This document shows positions 12,576 through 25,432 of a DNA stretch of 64,000 nt, in pieces. The notes under the pieces are model-generated. The model did no database searches. It was not told the DNA's origin and saw nothing but the letters and a program-made list of their open reading frames with translations. Within the stretch, counting starts at the first letter, position 1. Every line of letters starts with the position of its first letter. Source of the DNA: Neodothiora populina (Eukaryota); contig NW_027191413.1 in the NCBI RefSeq assembly GCF_041146345.1, forward strand, positions 2,542,001 through 2,606,000, read 5' to 3'. A program made the position numbers and the translations under genes.

Positions 12576-13952
12576 GCAGGAGACGGCGTGGAAGAAATGT
12601 CTCCTCTCATCTAGCACATCACAAACCCTTCGTCTCAGTCTTCGCATCTCAGTTTCCACACCAAGGTCCCGAAAGAATAGCAGAACAGGAAGCTGATTGA
12701 ACAGCATTGAAGAGAGGAGGACGGACAAGGTAAGATAAAGGCAAGGCAGGCGACTGAAAGCACTTGATCAACCACGTTCGGTCAATCCATCTCATCAAGG
12801 GAAGGAAGCAGATAATCAGAAAGAATAGAAGAAGGACTGGAGTCTTCGTCTAATCGCATGACCAAGTCCAGTATTTGAGATCATCCTGTGAATGGTTGCA
12901 ATATGAGCTAGCAGCGCAACGCATCGCGAGATATTTCTGAGAGCATTATTGATCCGTCTTTACATAACGTCGAGAGCAGATATCACGAGTAAAGACATGT
13001 ACAAATGATAGAAAGAGAGGAAAGGAAGATAGCGCGACGAATATTGATACACGAAAATCTGCCTGACTGGACTTTTCTCGAAAGCTCGCCGCCTTCCGAG
13101 CCACCCAGGGGTTTGGCAATACTTTTCTTTTCTTCTTACGTACCTTACTTATCCTTTGTCGTTCCTCTTCCATCGCAGAAGGGCAGAGTGTGGATCAGAA
13201 AAGAAGGATGCGAAGAGCAACGCTATTCGATCCATAGGAAAAGAAACTGATGACAAAAAAAAAGAAGAAGCCATGTGTTTCTGTCCCTTTCGCGCTTTTG
13301 GTTCTCGCCCCATGGCGCGCCCATGCGTGGTGTACCAGCCGATCCCACTTCATTCCTATCTCTTACACAAGCAGCGAGCAACGACGTCTTTGTTCATGTA
13401 CCCTGCCAAACCTTTCTTCTGACCATTTTTTTTCCTTTTTGCATTTGCGGGGCAGCAAAGGTAAAAAAGTGATATCATCTCTCGCCCAATTTTCGTGCAA
13501 TCGCTGATGACTGGGATCGTCTTCCAATCCTCAAGAAACTCTCGTCTGCTATTCTTGGTCTTTACCCACATGGCAATCCTGAGTAGATACCTTACTCTTA
13601 CCCTTGACGCCAATTGATAGGGTTCAAACGATAAACTGATTGATTGACTGCAGATATGAAAAAGAAGAAGACGGGGGAACTCTGTACCTCCTTAACCTTT
13701 TTGAGATGTTTTTAATGATTTTTGTGTGTATTGTGTATTTTCTCCTTTTTTGTGTTGATCGAGTGGTGAGAAATGTCCCGAGTGCCTTTTCATCTGCGCA
13801 TTCTCTGTTAGTTCACTCCTCAGCAATTTTTTGTTGCAAGTCGAGTAAGAACAGTAGTGCCACAGACAGCCAGAGCAAAATCGCGGCAGCAGAATCCATC
13901 GATCCGGGTATTCGTGGAAGAAAGCAATCGTCCAAAGGGAGAGATTTGACTC

Positions 13953-15386
13953 TCAGTATCGCCTTTGCTTGCGAGAGTCGTCATACCCGCCGCTGCCTTC
14001 GTAAGGTCTCTTGCGGCTGTCGAATTCGCGGTCGCGATCACGGTAACTGCCGCCTCCAGAAGAGTAGTCACGAGGAGGTCTGTCGTTGTACCTTCCACCT
14101 CCACCACGGTCACCTCCGCCGCGATCGCCTCCGTACGAGTCACCTCCTCCGTAAGACGGTCGGCCACCGCCGTAGCCGCCACCACTGCGGTCACCGTAGC
14201 CACCACGATCGACACCGCCTCTGCCACCTCCAAAGCCGCCTCTTGGACCAGAGGGGGCACCTTCAGGAGCGAAGCCGTTGGACTGGTACCCAATGCCGCC
14301 CCTACCCCCTCCGTAACCGCCGCCGCCGCCACCACCTCCTCTTCCTCCACCGAAGCCACCGCGATCACCAAAGCCTCCTCCTCTGCCACCTCTGAAACCG
14401 CCACCGCCTCCTCTGAAGCCGCCTCCAGGACGGAAGCTTCCAGGACCGGCCGGCGGGGCTGAGGTGATGGGACGCGTCGGCATGGCTTTGGTGTAGTGAC
14501 GGCCGCCAAGACCACCTCCGTACATTCTCGGTCTCCATTCCTTGACGGTGCGGCCACGCTCAACATCGACCAGGACACGGCGATCCTTGATTTTCAGACC
14601 ATCGGCATCCTTGTAGGCGGCTAGACGAGTAGTGTGTCAGTTGACAATGAATTGGCATACTCACGAAGCGCATAGGACAGCGCAGCTGGCTGGGCAAGGG
14701 GATCGGGTTAGTATCTTACCCTTCATGTCACTGTCACGCTCGAATACGATGAATGCATAACCTTTGTTCTTCTGCTTCTTTGGGTCTGAGCTGCGCTCGT
14801 CGCCGACGATGCGAATCTGTGTAGGATGGTCAGAAAATGATATAGAGAGATAGCCAGAGACTTGTTTGAGACGTACGTCTGCGATGGGACCGTAACGGCC
14901 GAACTCGCGCTCAAGATCTCTCTTGTCAATGTTGTAGTTGAGACGGCCGACAAATAGAGTCTTGAGCGGGTCGCCTTTGATGTTTGGATCTTCTCTTGGG
15001 TTGTCTGGTAGTGAAATCGATCAGCGATTCATCCAGATCTATTGGCATGTGTAGGTTTCGGCGTACAGTCATTCTTGTAGCCCTCGGCAGTGCGGTATCT
15101 AGCAGCCTCCAAAGTCTCCAATCTCTCCCTGTCTTTTCTTTGTAGCCAGGATTCGGTAGGCTGATAGTGGTCATCCCAGGCCTCCTCCTTCACATGCTGC
15201 AGGAATTGAGCGACTCCTTCGATTTTGTGAGTGCGACGATCTTCGGGGGCGTGGTCGGAGGGAGGGAGGTAACGCAGCGCTGGACGCGGCGCGAACAGCT
15301 GCAGTCTAGAGGGACACGAGTTAGTGAGTGTTTGTCAATGCCAAACACTAAAGCACATACAGCTGTGGGGGGAGCTTGTCTGTCAT
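13953..15386 (-). CDS. SNP1: U1 snRNP 70 kDa protein (U1-70K); introns 15306-15360, 15005-15066, 14817-14876, 14621-14719
   Basis: Spliced sequence [112 protein letters not shown], followed by an RGG/RD tail. Confidence 0.96.
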
Positions 15387-15706
15387 ACTGCTGCTGCGAC
15401 CGAGACAGAGTAATGAACAGATGGATTGGAAGGTCAGCTAGTACAGAGTAGTCGTAAGTGACAGTAAAGTAGCAGTAAGGTTGCTTGCCTGCTGTTCCTG
15501 CCCCGGCTGTCGCAAGCCCTCGCTTGTCTTGGCACTTGAACGCCGAACGGGAAGGAACTCCAACTTCATTCCTCCTTCGGCAGGAGCCGCCGCCGAGGGC
15601 GAGACTTGAGATGTTGGCTGGTCGTGCTGCTTCGGAGCATATCATAAAAAAGATATAGAGAGACACGTCTGATCCCCATCATCGCCGCACATCAGTCAAC
15701 GACGAA

Positions 15707-16336
15707 ATGCCTCTACAAGCACTCAAGAAGACCGCCCAGAGCCAGGTACATATATTTGAATATACCAAACACACCTTTTCCCGGCATTCACTGACTTGTC
15801 TTTTTTTTGCCGCGACACAGAACGGCGTGGGCGCCTTCATCCTGCAATGCAAGCGTCTCGATTTCCACTACTGCGACTGGGCCGGATCATCCAAGGGCAT
15901 GAAGTAAGAATCTCTCCGTCTCCCGCCTCCAGTGCGCCGTTCAGAAAGCAGCCAACACCGACCGGGCCTTTCCACGAGAACGATCCTCCAGAAAAGAAAG
16001 TGGACCAAGACTCAGAACACTACTAATGACTACACTCAACACAGTTCCTTCCTCAAAAACACCCTCCCGCGCTTCGCAGCCCAGAATCCCCAAATAGAAA
16101 TCACCGTGTCGCCGCGCCCGCGAAAACACCCCGTGATCAAAGGAACCTATATCAACGGACGGGAAAAGGCCGTGTGCGTGCGCAACCTCGAGCAAGGCCA
16201 GATCCTGCAAAAGGCGCTACTGCTCAGAGACGCCAGTGGCGAGAAGCTGAAGAAGGTCACGAAACCCGTCAAGTCACTGAATGAGTCTGTGAGGGGTATT
16301 TGGGATCCTTTCCATGGGAACAAGTGGAGTATCTAG
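15707..16336 (+). CDS. MRPL51: Mitochondrial large-subunit ribosomal protein mL43; introns 15746-15820, 15904-16044
   Basis: Spliced sequence NGVGAFILQCKRLDFHYCDWAGSSKGMNSFLK..FAAQNPQIEITVSPRPRKHPVIKGTYINGREKAVCVRNL matches the L51/S25/CI-B8 domain. Confidence 0.92.
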
Positions 16337-16874
16337 AGAGGTAGAAAATTAACAGACGTGAGGGAGAGATGGGATCTGGAGATGATGTTGGGGTGTGTCT
16401 TTTCTGCTTGGGGACTTATAGTGCATCTGGAGAGGCGTTTACTTTCTTTTCTTGCTTCTCATCGTGTCATGTATATATACCGGATACCTGCATCGGGGAC
16501 AGGACCAAAAACTCAAATCGCACAGGCAGGACTGCCGATAAATGTATTACTATTGTATTGTCCGTCACGAATGCTGCTTCTCACTCCGACTGTCTTGTGA
16601 CATGTACCTTATGTAGCTTTTGTTTCCGATTACATCACAATTCTGCCCTGCCATTGACGTGCATCGCAACCGTTGATACACCAAGACTACTTCATGCTTT
16701 GTATTGGTCTTCCGGTCGATGGCCACAGAGGAAGCATTCTTCAATAAGTCTCGTTGGACTCGAGTTGGCATGTTTTTTTTTTCGTCATCTACAATCGTAT
16801 CTTGATATATATAAAACCTCGCGGCTACCTCTCCGGGTGCCCATATTCATTATCATGAATCACCGTGACTAGAT

Positions 16875-17774
16875 CTAAGCAGAGTTGGCGTTGATGATGT
16901 CGACAAAGGCAGGCTTGAGCGAAGCACCACCGACGAGGAAACCATCAATGTCCTTCTCCTTGGCGAGCTCGCTGCAGTTCTTCTCGCTGACCGATCCTCC
17001 GTAGATGATTCTGGTCTTCTCCGAGGCCTCGGCGCTGACCTCCTTGCTCAACCATTCGCGGATGGCGGCGTGCACATCCTGAGCCTGCTGTGTGGTGGCG
17101 ACCTTGCCGGTGCCAATGGCCCAGATGGGCTCGTATGCGATGACAATCTTGCTCCAGTCCTTGACCTGGTCGGCGACAGCCTTGAGCTGAGCGGTGACGA
17201 CCTCGATAGTCTTGCCGGCCTCACGCTCCTCGAGCGACTCACCGCAGCAGAGGATGACGCTGAGGCCACCGTCAAGGGCGGCCTTGGTCTTGCTGGCGAC
17301 AAAGGCGTCGGTCTCCTTGAGCACGACACGGCGCTCACTGTGGCCGAGAAGGGTCCAGGTGACACCGGACTCCTTGAGCTGAGAGACGGAGATCTCACCG
17401 GTGAAGGCACCGTTGGGCTTGTCGAAGACGTTCTGGGCTGCGATCTCGAGGCCGGAGCGGAGGTGCTCACGGGCGAGGAGAAGGTAGAGCGCAGGGGGTG
17501 CAATGACGACCTCTGTTACACAAAGCGGTCAGCAAACGTAGAGCCCAATCTCGTACACCACGCCAGCTCGCGAAGAGCTCACATGCCTCACTCACCAGTC
17601 TTGGAGTCGAGCTTAGCGTTGTTGAGATTCTCGATGATGCTCTTGATCGTGTCGACCGAGCCGTTCCTGTGGTCTCGCTGTCAGCACGCTGTGTTTCTAA
17701 CCTATTTGGACACCTCGTGGAGAGACGGGCACCTACATCTTGAAGTTACCACCGACGAAGAATTGACGAGCCAT
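16875..17774 (-). CDS. TPI1: Triosephosphate isomerase; introns 17667-17736, 17513-17595
   Basis: MARQFFVGGNFKMNG, LGHSERR, IAYEPIWAIGTGK, DGFLVGGASLKP. Confidence 0.98.
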
Positions 17775-18637
17775 TTTTGCTGATTGGTGTTTTGGTTTCG
17801 TTGGTGGGGAAAGGATGAATATGCAAGTTGCAGGTATGTGTGTTTTGTGAGGAAAGAAAGTTGAAACTTTGAATTATGGTCGAGAAGAAAGTCGGTGTTG
17901 AGAAAGGCAAGAGACAGAGCTTTTGGGAAAGAGCCCGCCCAGAGGGGCAGCAACAGAAACGTGGGGCAATGACGAACTTCTCTCAAGCTCGCACGCTGCC
18001 GTGGTGCCTCATGTCTCCCGATTATCACCTTCGTCTTCGCCGATTCGGTGGCATTCGGGCCAACGCCGGTCCTCCTCCATCTACACACGCCATGGTGCCA
18101 TCTACAATGACTTTCTGAACCGTGCACATTGAGGTTATCTCTCTGGAACCCACCTTTCAATACAGCAATTCAAAGTAACAAATCTCACACCATACCTGAC
18201 CTCGCCATCTTTGTCCCGCTGCATCCATGCTCGGGCTTCCTCGCTGCAGCCCCTTCCGGACTTTTTGGCTACAGTACCTGCAATCTTCCAGTGCCGAGCC
18301 CGAACGCTTCCGGCAGTCACCTGTCGATACACACATTGTCACTACACCCACGACTACTGAAAACTGAACGCGGAGATTAGGATATCTTGTATTCGTCTTA
18401 TAGACGACACTGCCAGCGGAATGTCCAACTTTTTTGCTTACAAAGGGATTATATACAGTGAAGTGAAAAACTTGCCGCTGCTACCAACCCTGCTCATTAT
18501 GTGGCCAACCGTACGTACCGACAGACGAAAGATTATGGGTATCTAGAGAAAAGAGTATAGGAGATCATGCAGTGAGCCTGGCTTGCTGGGAGTCGACTGA
18601 AAAGAAAATATTTCTAGCTGTCGTTGTAGTTGTGACC

Positions 18638-21600
18638 CTAAGCGACCGATTGCCAAGCTTGATGGTATGTGGTAAGCACTGTCAGGTTCAGGTCAGTATG
18701 GTCCCCTTGAATGTGATGACAACATGTACTTACAGCTAAGGAGCTGGCGCTGAGCCATACTGTCCTCACTGGAGCAGCTCAGTGTCGCACCATCGGAGAG
18801 ATCAAAGAGGACGCTGTTGGGCATTTCCTGCCTGTCGACATCGGGGATGTAGGGCGCATTCAACTCCTTGAGATGGAATTTTGTCACGAAGCCGCGCCCG
18901 GTACCGCCAGTTGCGTTGCTTGCTGGCCTCGATGCAGTGAAAATGAGGTTTCCCTCAGGGTCGACTTCCACCCAGCGTCGCTTCCACAACAGTGTGTCGG
19001 GAAATTGAACGTTGAGATCACCAATGATGATAGGTGGTGGTATGTCAGGAACCGAGTCTTTGCGCTTCGATGTTCGAGCATCACTGGCTTGAGCGACAGC
19101 CGGCGCCAATTTCGGCGCTGCTTGCAGGGCGGGCTCAGGCGTCGACTCGGACACAACCTCAGACGCAGGTTCCGATGCGGGTACAGCTGCTACAGGGTCA
19201 GCTGCAGAAGACTCAGGCGCCGGCGACTCAGCTGAAGGGAACATAGGCTGTGGTGCAAGACTCTTTCTTCTGCCGCCGCCGATGTGGCTGATACGCTTGA
19301 AGAACCTGCTCGTTCTGCTTTGCTTTCCCGAGTCGTCGGATGCCAGCGACAGCGTCGAGCCATTCTTCGTGGGACTTTGTCTGGGACTGTCATGGTCCGC
19401 CTTGTTTGGGCTCGCAGAGGTGTTGCGACCGTTCGTAGCGCCGCTGTCTACAGAAGAATAGCTAAAGGTTGGGGAAAGTGATCGATCGCGCGTTCTTTCG
19501 TCTTCCGGCTGTTGTGTGGCGCCATGATCCAGCATTGGTGCCATAGGAGGGAATTCATGGTTCGTGTTTGGACGCGTATGGTTGATGAGGATAGGAGAGT
19601 GTAGAAGCTCTGTGGGAGACGATGCCCCTCCGGCCCGGTCGACAGGCTGGCGGACAATCCGAGCGGTCACAGAAACCGACTCGCGGTTCAGTGCTCTGTT
19701 CATCGCAAGGTTGTTGGGTGTCGTATGCATAGGCGAAGGAGCAGGCCATACTGAAAGCCTGGAGGCAGGCTTATCCGTAGACGCTTGTGTCTGGTCGAGC
19801 TTACGCACAGAAGCCTTTCGCACGCCGATGAACGAAGTTCTAGGGTTTTGTACCGGTGGTGCCAATCCTCCCTCGGCCTCGCGGCGTGCTTTCTCAGCCA
19901 GGGCTTGGATCCTCATCGATATGCCTGAAGAAACCTGACGATTACGAGGAGCAGCTAGGAAGTCACCAGCATCTGAATCGGAGGCCTTGGTATGGACACT
20001 GTCCTGAGTGTCGCTCCTCGCCTCGCTCTTAGCAGTGGCAGGCCTGGATTCGGCAGGCACTGATGTGGGACCAGCCGAGAGCGGCGTGGGTTCAGTAGGC
20101 AAAGACGTAGGTTCAGCTGGAGGAGGGGCAGGCTCAGCGGGAAGAGGCGTTGAGTCAGCAGGGAGAGGCGTGGTCTCAGTAGAGGGCAGCGGGGCTTCTG
20201 TAGAGTGCGGCGTAGACTCGACAGGGGGCGACATAGATTCGACAGGCAGCGGCGTGGGCTCAACGGAGGTTGGGGTGGTTTCAACAGCAAGCGGTGCGGA
20301 TTCAGTAGGGAGCGACGTAGATTCGGCAGGGAGCGACGTGGATGCAGCAGCAGAATCAATAGGGGTGAGTGTAGATTCAGCCGTAGGCTCCAGGGGTTCA
20401 GCAGGAGGGAGCGACATGTTCTCGGCCGCGGGCTCCATAGTCTCAACAGAGAGCGGCTTGGGTTCAATCGAAGGCTCTATATGTCCAGCAGCAACAGCGA
20501 CTGTTGAGTCGTCGGCCCCATTGGAGGACGCAGGGCTGGAGTGCTCCATGGTGCCGTTGACGACAGAAGCAAGAGAAGTTCCAGAGGCTGCAGATATTAC
20601 AGATTGGGCTGACCGTGCAGACCGGGCGCTCGGTCTACGGGGTGGAAAGAAGGGGCTCGCAGGTGATCTATGCATCAGCATCGGCTTAGCCTCCTGAAAC
20701 GTAGCGCTTTGAAGTTCTTCTAGGAAATCCTCATCAGAAAGATAATTGTGCTCGTGGTCAGAGAGCGGAGTGACGTCAACATTGATGGTCAATGGTTCTA
20801 CCCATCCTCTTCGCTTCTCGAGCAATGCTGCAGTTTTGGCCGTTGCGTCTGTGGAGACCATTATCGAATCTCCATGGATCGTAGATTTTTCATGCGTGTC
20901 GTCAATGTCATGTCCCGAGCCAGCGGACACTGAATTTCCGGCCGGAAACGCGGACTGAGTCGGCGGTTCGAACGCTGGTAGAGACGAAAGAGCTGGGGAC
21001 CTGGGCAGAAACCCCGCTGAATCGACGTTCCGCCCAAGCATAGGACTGTCAACAAAGCGTGGTCCTGCCACTTTGTGTTCGTGCTCGCCAGCTGTCTTTT
21101 GGCTCGGTATCGAGTTCTGTGCAGAATCGAGCTTCGTGTCGGTCGAGGTCACACCGTCCACTTCAATGCCCGAGTCGGCTTTCTTGCTAGCAGCTTCATG
21201 CATTGTCGTTGTCCCCTCACGTTGTCCTGCCGCAGCCGCAGAGAAAGTGTCGTGCTCTGGCACTGGGGACATGACAATGCTTTCCGGTGGGGTAGACTTT
21301 CGTTTCTGTTTCCTTCGCAGTTCCATAGCTTTCATCAATCTCATTTTCTCGGGAGTCATGGTGGATTTGGATGTCTTAACGGACATGGTAGAGAGCGGTA
21401 GAGACCGCGCGCTTCCTCGGGAACCAGGTCGTGGGAATGTCGCGTCGCCGGGAATAGGTGGAGGTTGCGGAAAGGGTGGCAAAGACGTCGACAAGACATC
21501 GCTTGAAGTGTGAGAATTTGAATGTGAAGATCCTTCCCTGTCTGATCTTGTGTGTAGGCTTGTTGGCATCGCAGAGACAGGTCTTGAGTGCGATGGAATA

Positions 21601-22641
21601 CTTGACGTGAGTGGTCGGCGACCTTTAGCGGTCAGCGTGACCGGTCTGGGGGCTAGTCTCGTTTTTGGCTTGTATAGCTCAGCATAGTACTTGTCAAAAT
21701 CGAGCTCGCCATTTTCGGAGAGACCAGTTTGCGTCCGATCTTTCTCCACAGAGTGCTCGCTGTTACCGCTCAGAATTGATGCAGAATCATTGGATTGAGC
21801 CGCGATTGACACGGGTTCCGGAGCCAGCGGCGCATCGAGTTCTGTGACTGAGTGTTGTCCAGCTTCCTCTCGAACCAGGAACCTGGATACTGAGGACTTT
21901 TGAGTGGCAGCAGCGGACTTGAGTAGGTCGACAGATGGCTGTGGAGAGGTGGTATGGGCTCGTCGCGACGGCCACCTTTCTGTAGAGGCCTTCCGGACGG
22001 ATGGGGCAGGAGCGGGTGACTCGGCGCGCATTCGCCTAGGTGAGCTTTGTTCCTCGGCGTCTTCCGTGATCTCGTCCAGAGTGTTGCCCTTGATCGAGGG
22101 CGCAGCGGTATGTAGCGGAAAGGCTGCAGCCAACGTGGTGTCGCTCAAGGCCTCGGGGCAAGTGATTTCGACCATGGCTTCATAGGGAGCGTACTTCTCC
22201 AGCACGTCCTGTAGATGTACTGTAGTCCGTGCTAAAGGCCAGTCAATATAGAGAAGTACGAGGGAGATGCGCTTAATCGAACCTTGTAGTAAGCGTGAGG
22301 TGCCCTCGGGCACAAATTTGATCAACGCCTTCTTCCTGCGGTACATGATGAGACCGTACAGAGGCGACAGGTCTTCATATTGACCCAGGACGGTCCTCGC
22401 CTCGAGGACGCCACCCTTGCCGGCATCGAGCAATGCGACTTCGTCACGAGAGACATACTTCAAAAAGAACCTGGACGCGCGTGAAGGTCAGCTCTGTGGT
22501 CGCAAGTTGCGACAATAATCAACGGCGTTCGCGGGGGCAGAAGTGAGACACAAAACAAACAACTCACCATCCGCCAGCTTCGTTCAGAGTGGTGCTGTAG
22601 ATGTCCTGCACCTCCGGAGCATCCAAACCATTCAAGGACAT
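18638..22641 (-). CDS. Large scaffold protein: N-terminal ADF-H/cofilin-like domain, long disordered region, C-terminal PH-like domain; introns 22471-22567, 22232-22282, 18679-18733
   Basis: Spliced N-terminus MSLNGLDAPEVQDIY..GGWFFLKYVSRDEV..PLYGLIMYRRKKALIKFVPEGTSRLLQAR follows the ADF-H pattern. C-terminus LNVQFPDTLLWKRRWVEVD..PDVDRQEMPNSVLFD is PH-like. Canonical splice sites. Confidence 0.75.
20040..20470 (-). repeat. Degenerate 21-bp (7-aa) tandem repeat, about 20 units, consensus P-[AVT]-E-[SP]-T-[PS]-L
   Basis: PAESTSL PTESAPL AVETTPT SVEPTPL PVESMSP PVESTPH STEAPLP STETTPL PADSTPL PAEPAPP PAEPTSL PTEPTPL. Confidence 0.85.
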
Positions 22642-25395
22642 AATTTCACAGTCGCCGTCGCAGGCGCGAGTGACGCGGGTGGAACTCGAGAAATCAGATA
22701 CGAGGTTCAGAAAATGCTCGGACGACTGTCTGTTGACTGCCTCGCCCTAAGGCGCGGTTCAGGGGTTGACGGCTACAATCGATACAGACGCGGTTAGTGG
22801 AGCAGCGCGATGTACAACGTCTTTCCGTGAACTGCACGACATTGGTCCCAGTATAGCGGTCCCATTTAGAGATGTTGGCGTTCTCTTCGGAAGAGCAGGA
22901 TTAGATAGCAATCATGCACAGGGAAAAACAATAAAGGAAGGTGTACAGACCAACAGGGTCAATCGGGCAAAGGCGAGGCAGGGTCGTTGACCTGGTGGAC
23001 ATGCATGGGTTATTCGAGGTTCAGTGCTGTCCGGTTTAGATTACGATTCGACGATTTAACCTCACAAGCTTCTGGCTGATCTTACGCTTATCAAAGCTTC
23101 ACATACGTGATTGGCCACTAAGACGCACATCTGCAGCAGCTGAGTCTACCTGAGTTCACAAGTTCAAGTCTCCTCCGAGTCCTGTACTTGTACTTGCGAC
23201 CCGCTCCAGCGTCGACCATTCTGGGCCGTCGCCCATGGACTTTCCAGAACCAAGTTTCCGAATTCAAATCCTACGTTACATGTCCGCTCAGCTGTATGAG
23301 TAAGACGAAGCTGCATTGGCGCAATGTACCCTGGGTGATACTGCATACTCGCCTCGCAAGTCCTACAGTAGAGTGAACATGACCCGTGGCCGACATAATT
23401 ATGTGGCACAGGCTAGGTGCTGTGGTGCCTGGGCGGATCCCCACGCCCAGGTGCATTCTGGGAAGTCTAACCTTTCAGAGCTCGATGATGCGGCACCGAC
23501 GTTAGACTTGTTACGCTTTCAGACACTCTCGCGTGGCTCTGCCGGGCATGACCCATGTCGGTCTCGTGGCAAGAGTCTTCTGTCTCGCATGTCTTAAGAC
23601 AGTGAGACTCACTATTTATGGAGACTTGACGAAGCGCAAAGTCACCGATAATCAACGATCGCATGATCTCGCTACTTCTCCGTACAAGACATATCGCCGG
23701 AAATGTCTGAAACACTCACAGATAGCTGATCACATACCTGTGTCATATAGCACTGACCTCTGTAATGAACTTCCGGCACCCTAAAATGTAATACCGCTGA
23801 TCTCGCTTGACAATGTCCGAGCGTTTCATTCGAACGCCGTTTGAAAGTTGACGCGAGCCGTATGGAGAGCCCTATTTCCTGCGGCTCTTCTCAGTTCGAC
23901 ATCACTGTTTCATCATTTTTCTTTGCCTGTTTTGTGCGTGACAGGAGTATGCTCGCTGTTCTTATGTTTCTACGCTACTGTTCACTGAGAGTCTATCTGA
24001 TCTACTGTGAGAACAATGGGCGGACATCGCTAAGAGTATGTCCTAAAGGCAGAGAAATGAGCCGCTGTGAAACACAATTCAGACATTCAAATCCATATCC
24101 CTCCGTCAAGTGTGTTTAGGCCCGCTCGTAAATAGCACAAAGCACATATCCTGGCTACGAGCAGACCAAATGCATTAGGCCTATTCAGAAGAGTCGCCCT
24201 TCGATCGAGGACACGTATATCAGACCGTGGTTTCGCGAGCATAATGCAAAGTACTAGCACAGTATCTTCATGTCCGATCATTGATCTTCGGTACGTCATT
24301 GTACAATTGCCGATCACCAGTAGTGATGTTTCTCTTTCCACACATCCGCAGTATCCCACATCAAATTTATATCTTTTCGGTTTGCGAGACATTTCAGGCG
24401 AAAACTTCTGTAGTGGCTACTATCGTTATCTGTTCATATCGCCGCATGCACACAACTCCAAGTCCACCGCTTCGCCCAGCTTGCATAAAGTACAGGTAAC
24501 GTGCCATGCTACAACCAAACTCCCGGCCTAGGGTACCTAACCTAATCTCTCGCCTTTGAGGAACTGCGCGATGCAACACAAACGCACAGGCCACTAGTTT
24601 CCCTCCTATGCCCCTCCGTCCTTTATTCCTCGTCTAAGGTAGTCAGTCGTCCCGCGAGGTCAAGGGTCTGGTACCACCCACTTTCTTTCTGATCTATTAA
24701 AGGAAACGTCGCTGGACTACATAATTGTCCCTCACCGCTTCTGCGTTGCTGTTCCGTTGTACTGTTAATGGTTTCTTGTTAAGTGGCGCTTAGATCTACT
24801 TGCAAAATCAGTTCTATCCTTCTGGTATATCTTGATCATCTGTCGTTGGACTTAAAGAAAGATAGAGGGTTGTCGGACCCGCTGCTCGAACTCGTCCAGG
24901 TACGTAGCAGTCGCAGCACTATATCTCATTATGCTACTATAGTCAATAAATCAACTGCTTGTGGAAGAGTGTTCGATGTTTGCGTCCTACTACTGTCAGT
25001 TCTGTGTTATTTACAATATTTCTACTGTAAGGTACCTCAGGCAGGCTGCCCGCGCCGCAAAGCTGAATGTATAAATCTCGTCTTGGCATTGTTCTAGAAA
25101 AATTGTTAGACTTGGTTCTTTCATTACATATAAGTTCATCATCGAGTCAATTAGGCAGGCAGTTAGACTTTCTACTCGATACATATATAGATATTTCTAC
25201 ATTGTCGGAATCTCGGTTTGGGAGACTGAAATTTGCTCGCGGTGTTGTTGCGGGAAGACAAGGAATTAAGTGTAGTAACACGAGCTGACCGCCAACATAT
25301 CTGGCTAAGGTGTTCTACTTGCATATACCCTAAGTTGCTTGCAACGGTAATATCATCTCTGGTGAACCTCACAGGAACCTTAAAAACTCCCTCGG

Positions 25396-25405
25396 GAAAA
25401 TTTTC
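25396..25405. promoter_or_regulatory. RRPE-like palindrome GAAAATTTTC upstream of LAS1
   Basis: Matches the AAAATTTT core of the fungal rRNA-processing element, 27 nt before the ATG of a ribosome-biogenesis gene. The motif is short and also occurs near 42740. Confidence 0.35.
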
Positions 25406-25432
25406 GGAGGCGGTGTGATTCACCAAACCAAT

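Noticed and set aside
13504..13582. C/D-box snoRNA-like pair (TGATGA...CTGA)
   Set aside because: No terminal stem, the C box lacks the leading purine, and I could not recognise rRNA complementarity.
11107..13952. Telomerase RNA in the long gap
   Set aside because: I found no TAACCCTAA-type template on either strand by eye.
16860..16880. Cryptic peroxisomal isoform of TPI by stop readthrough
   Set aside because: The stop context is TAG ATC TAG. Readthrough would add only two residues, with no PTS1 and no TGA-CTA motif.
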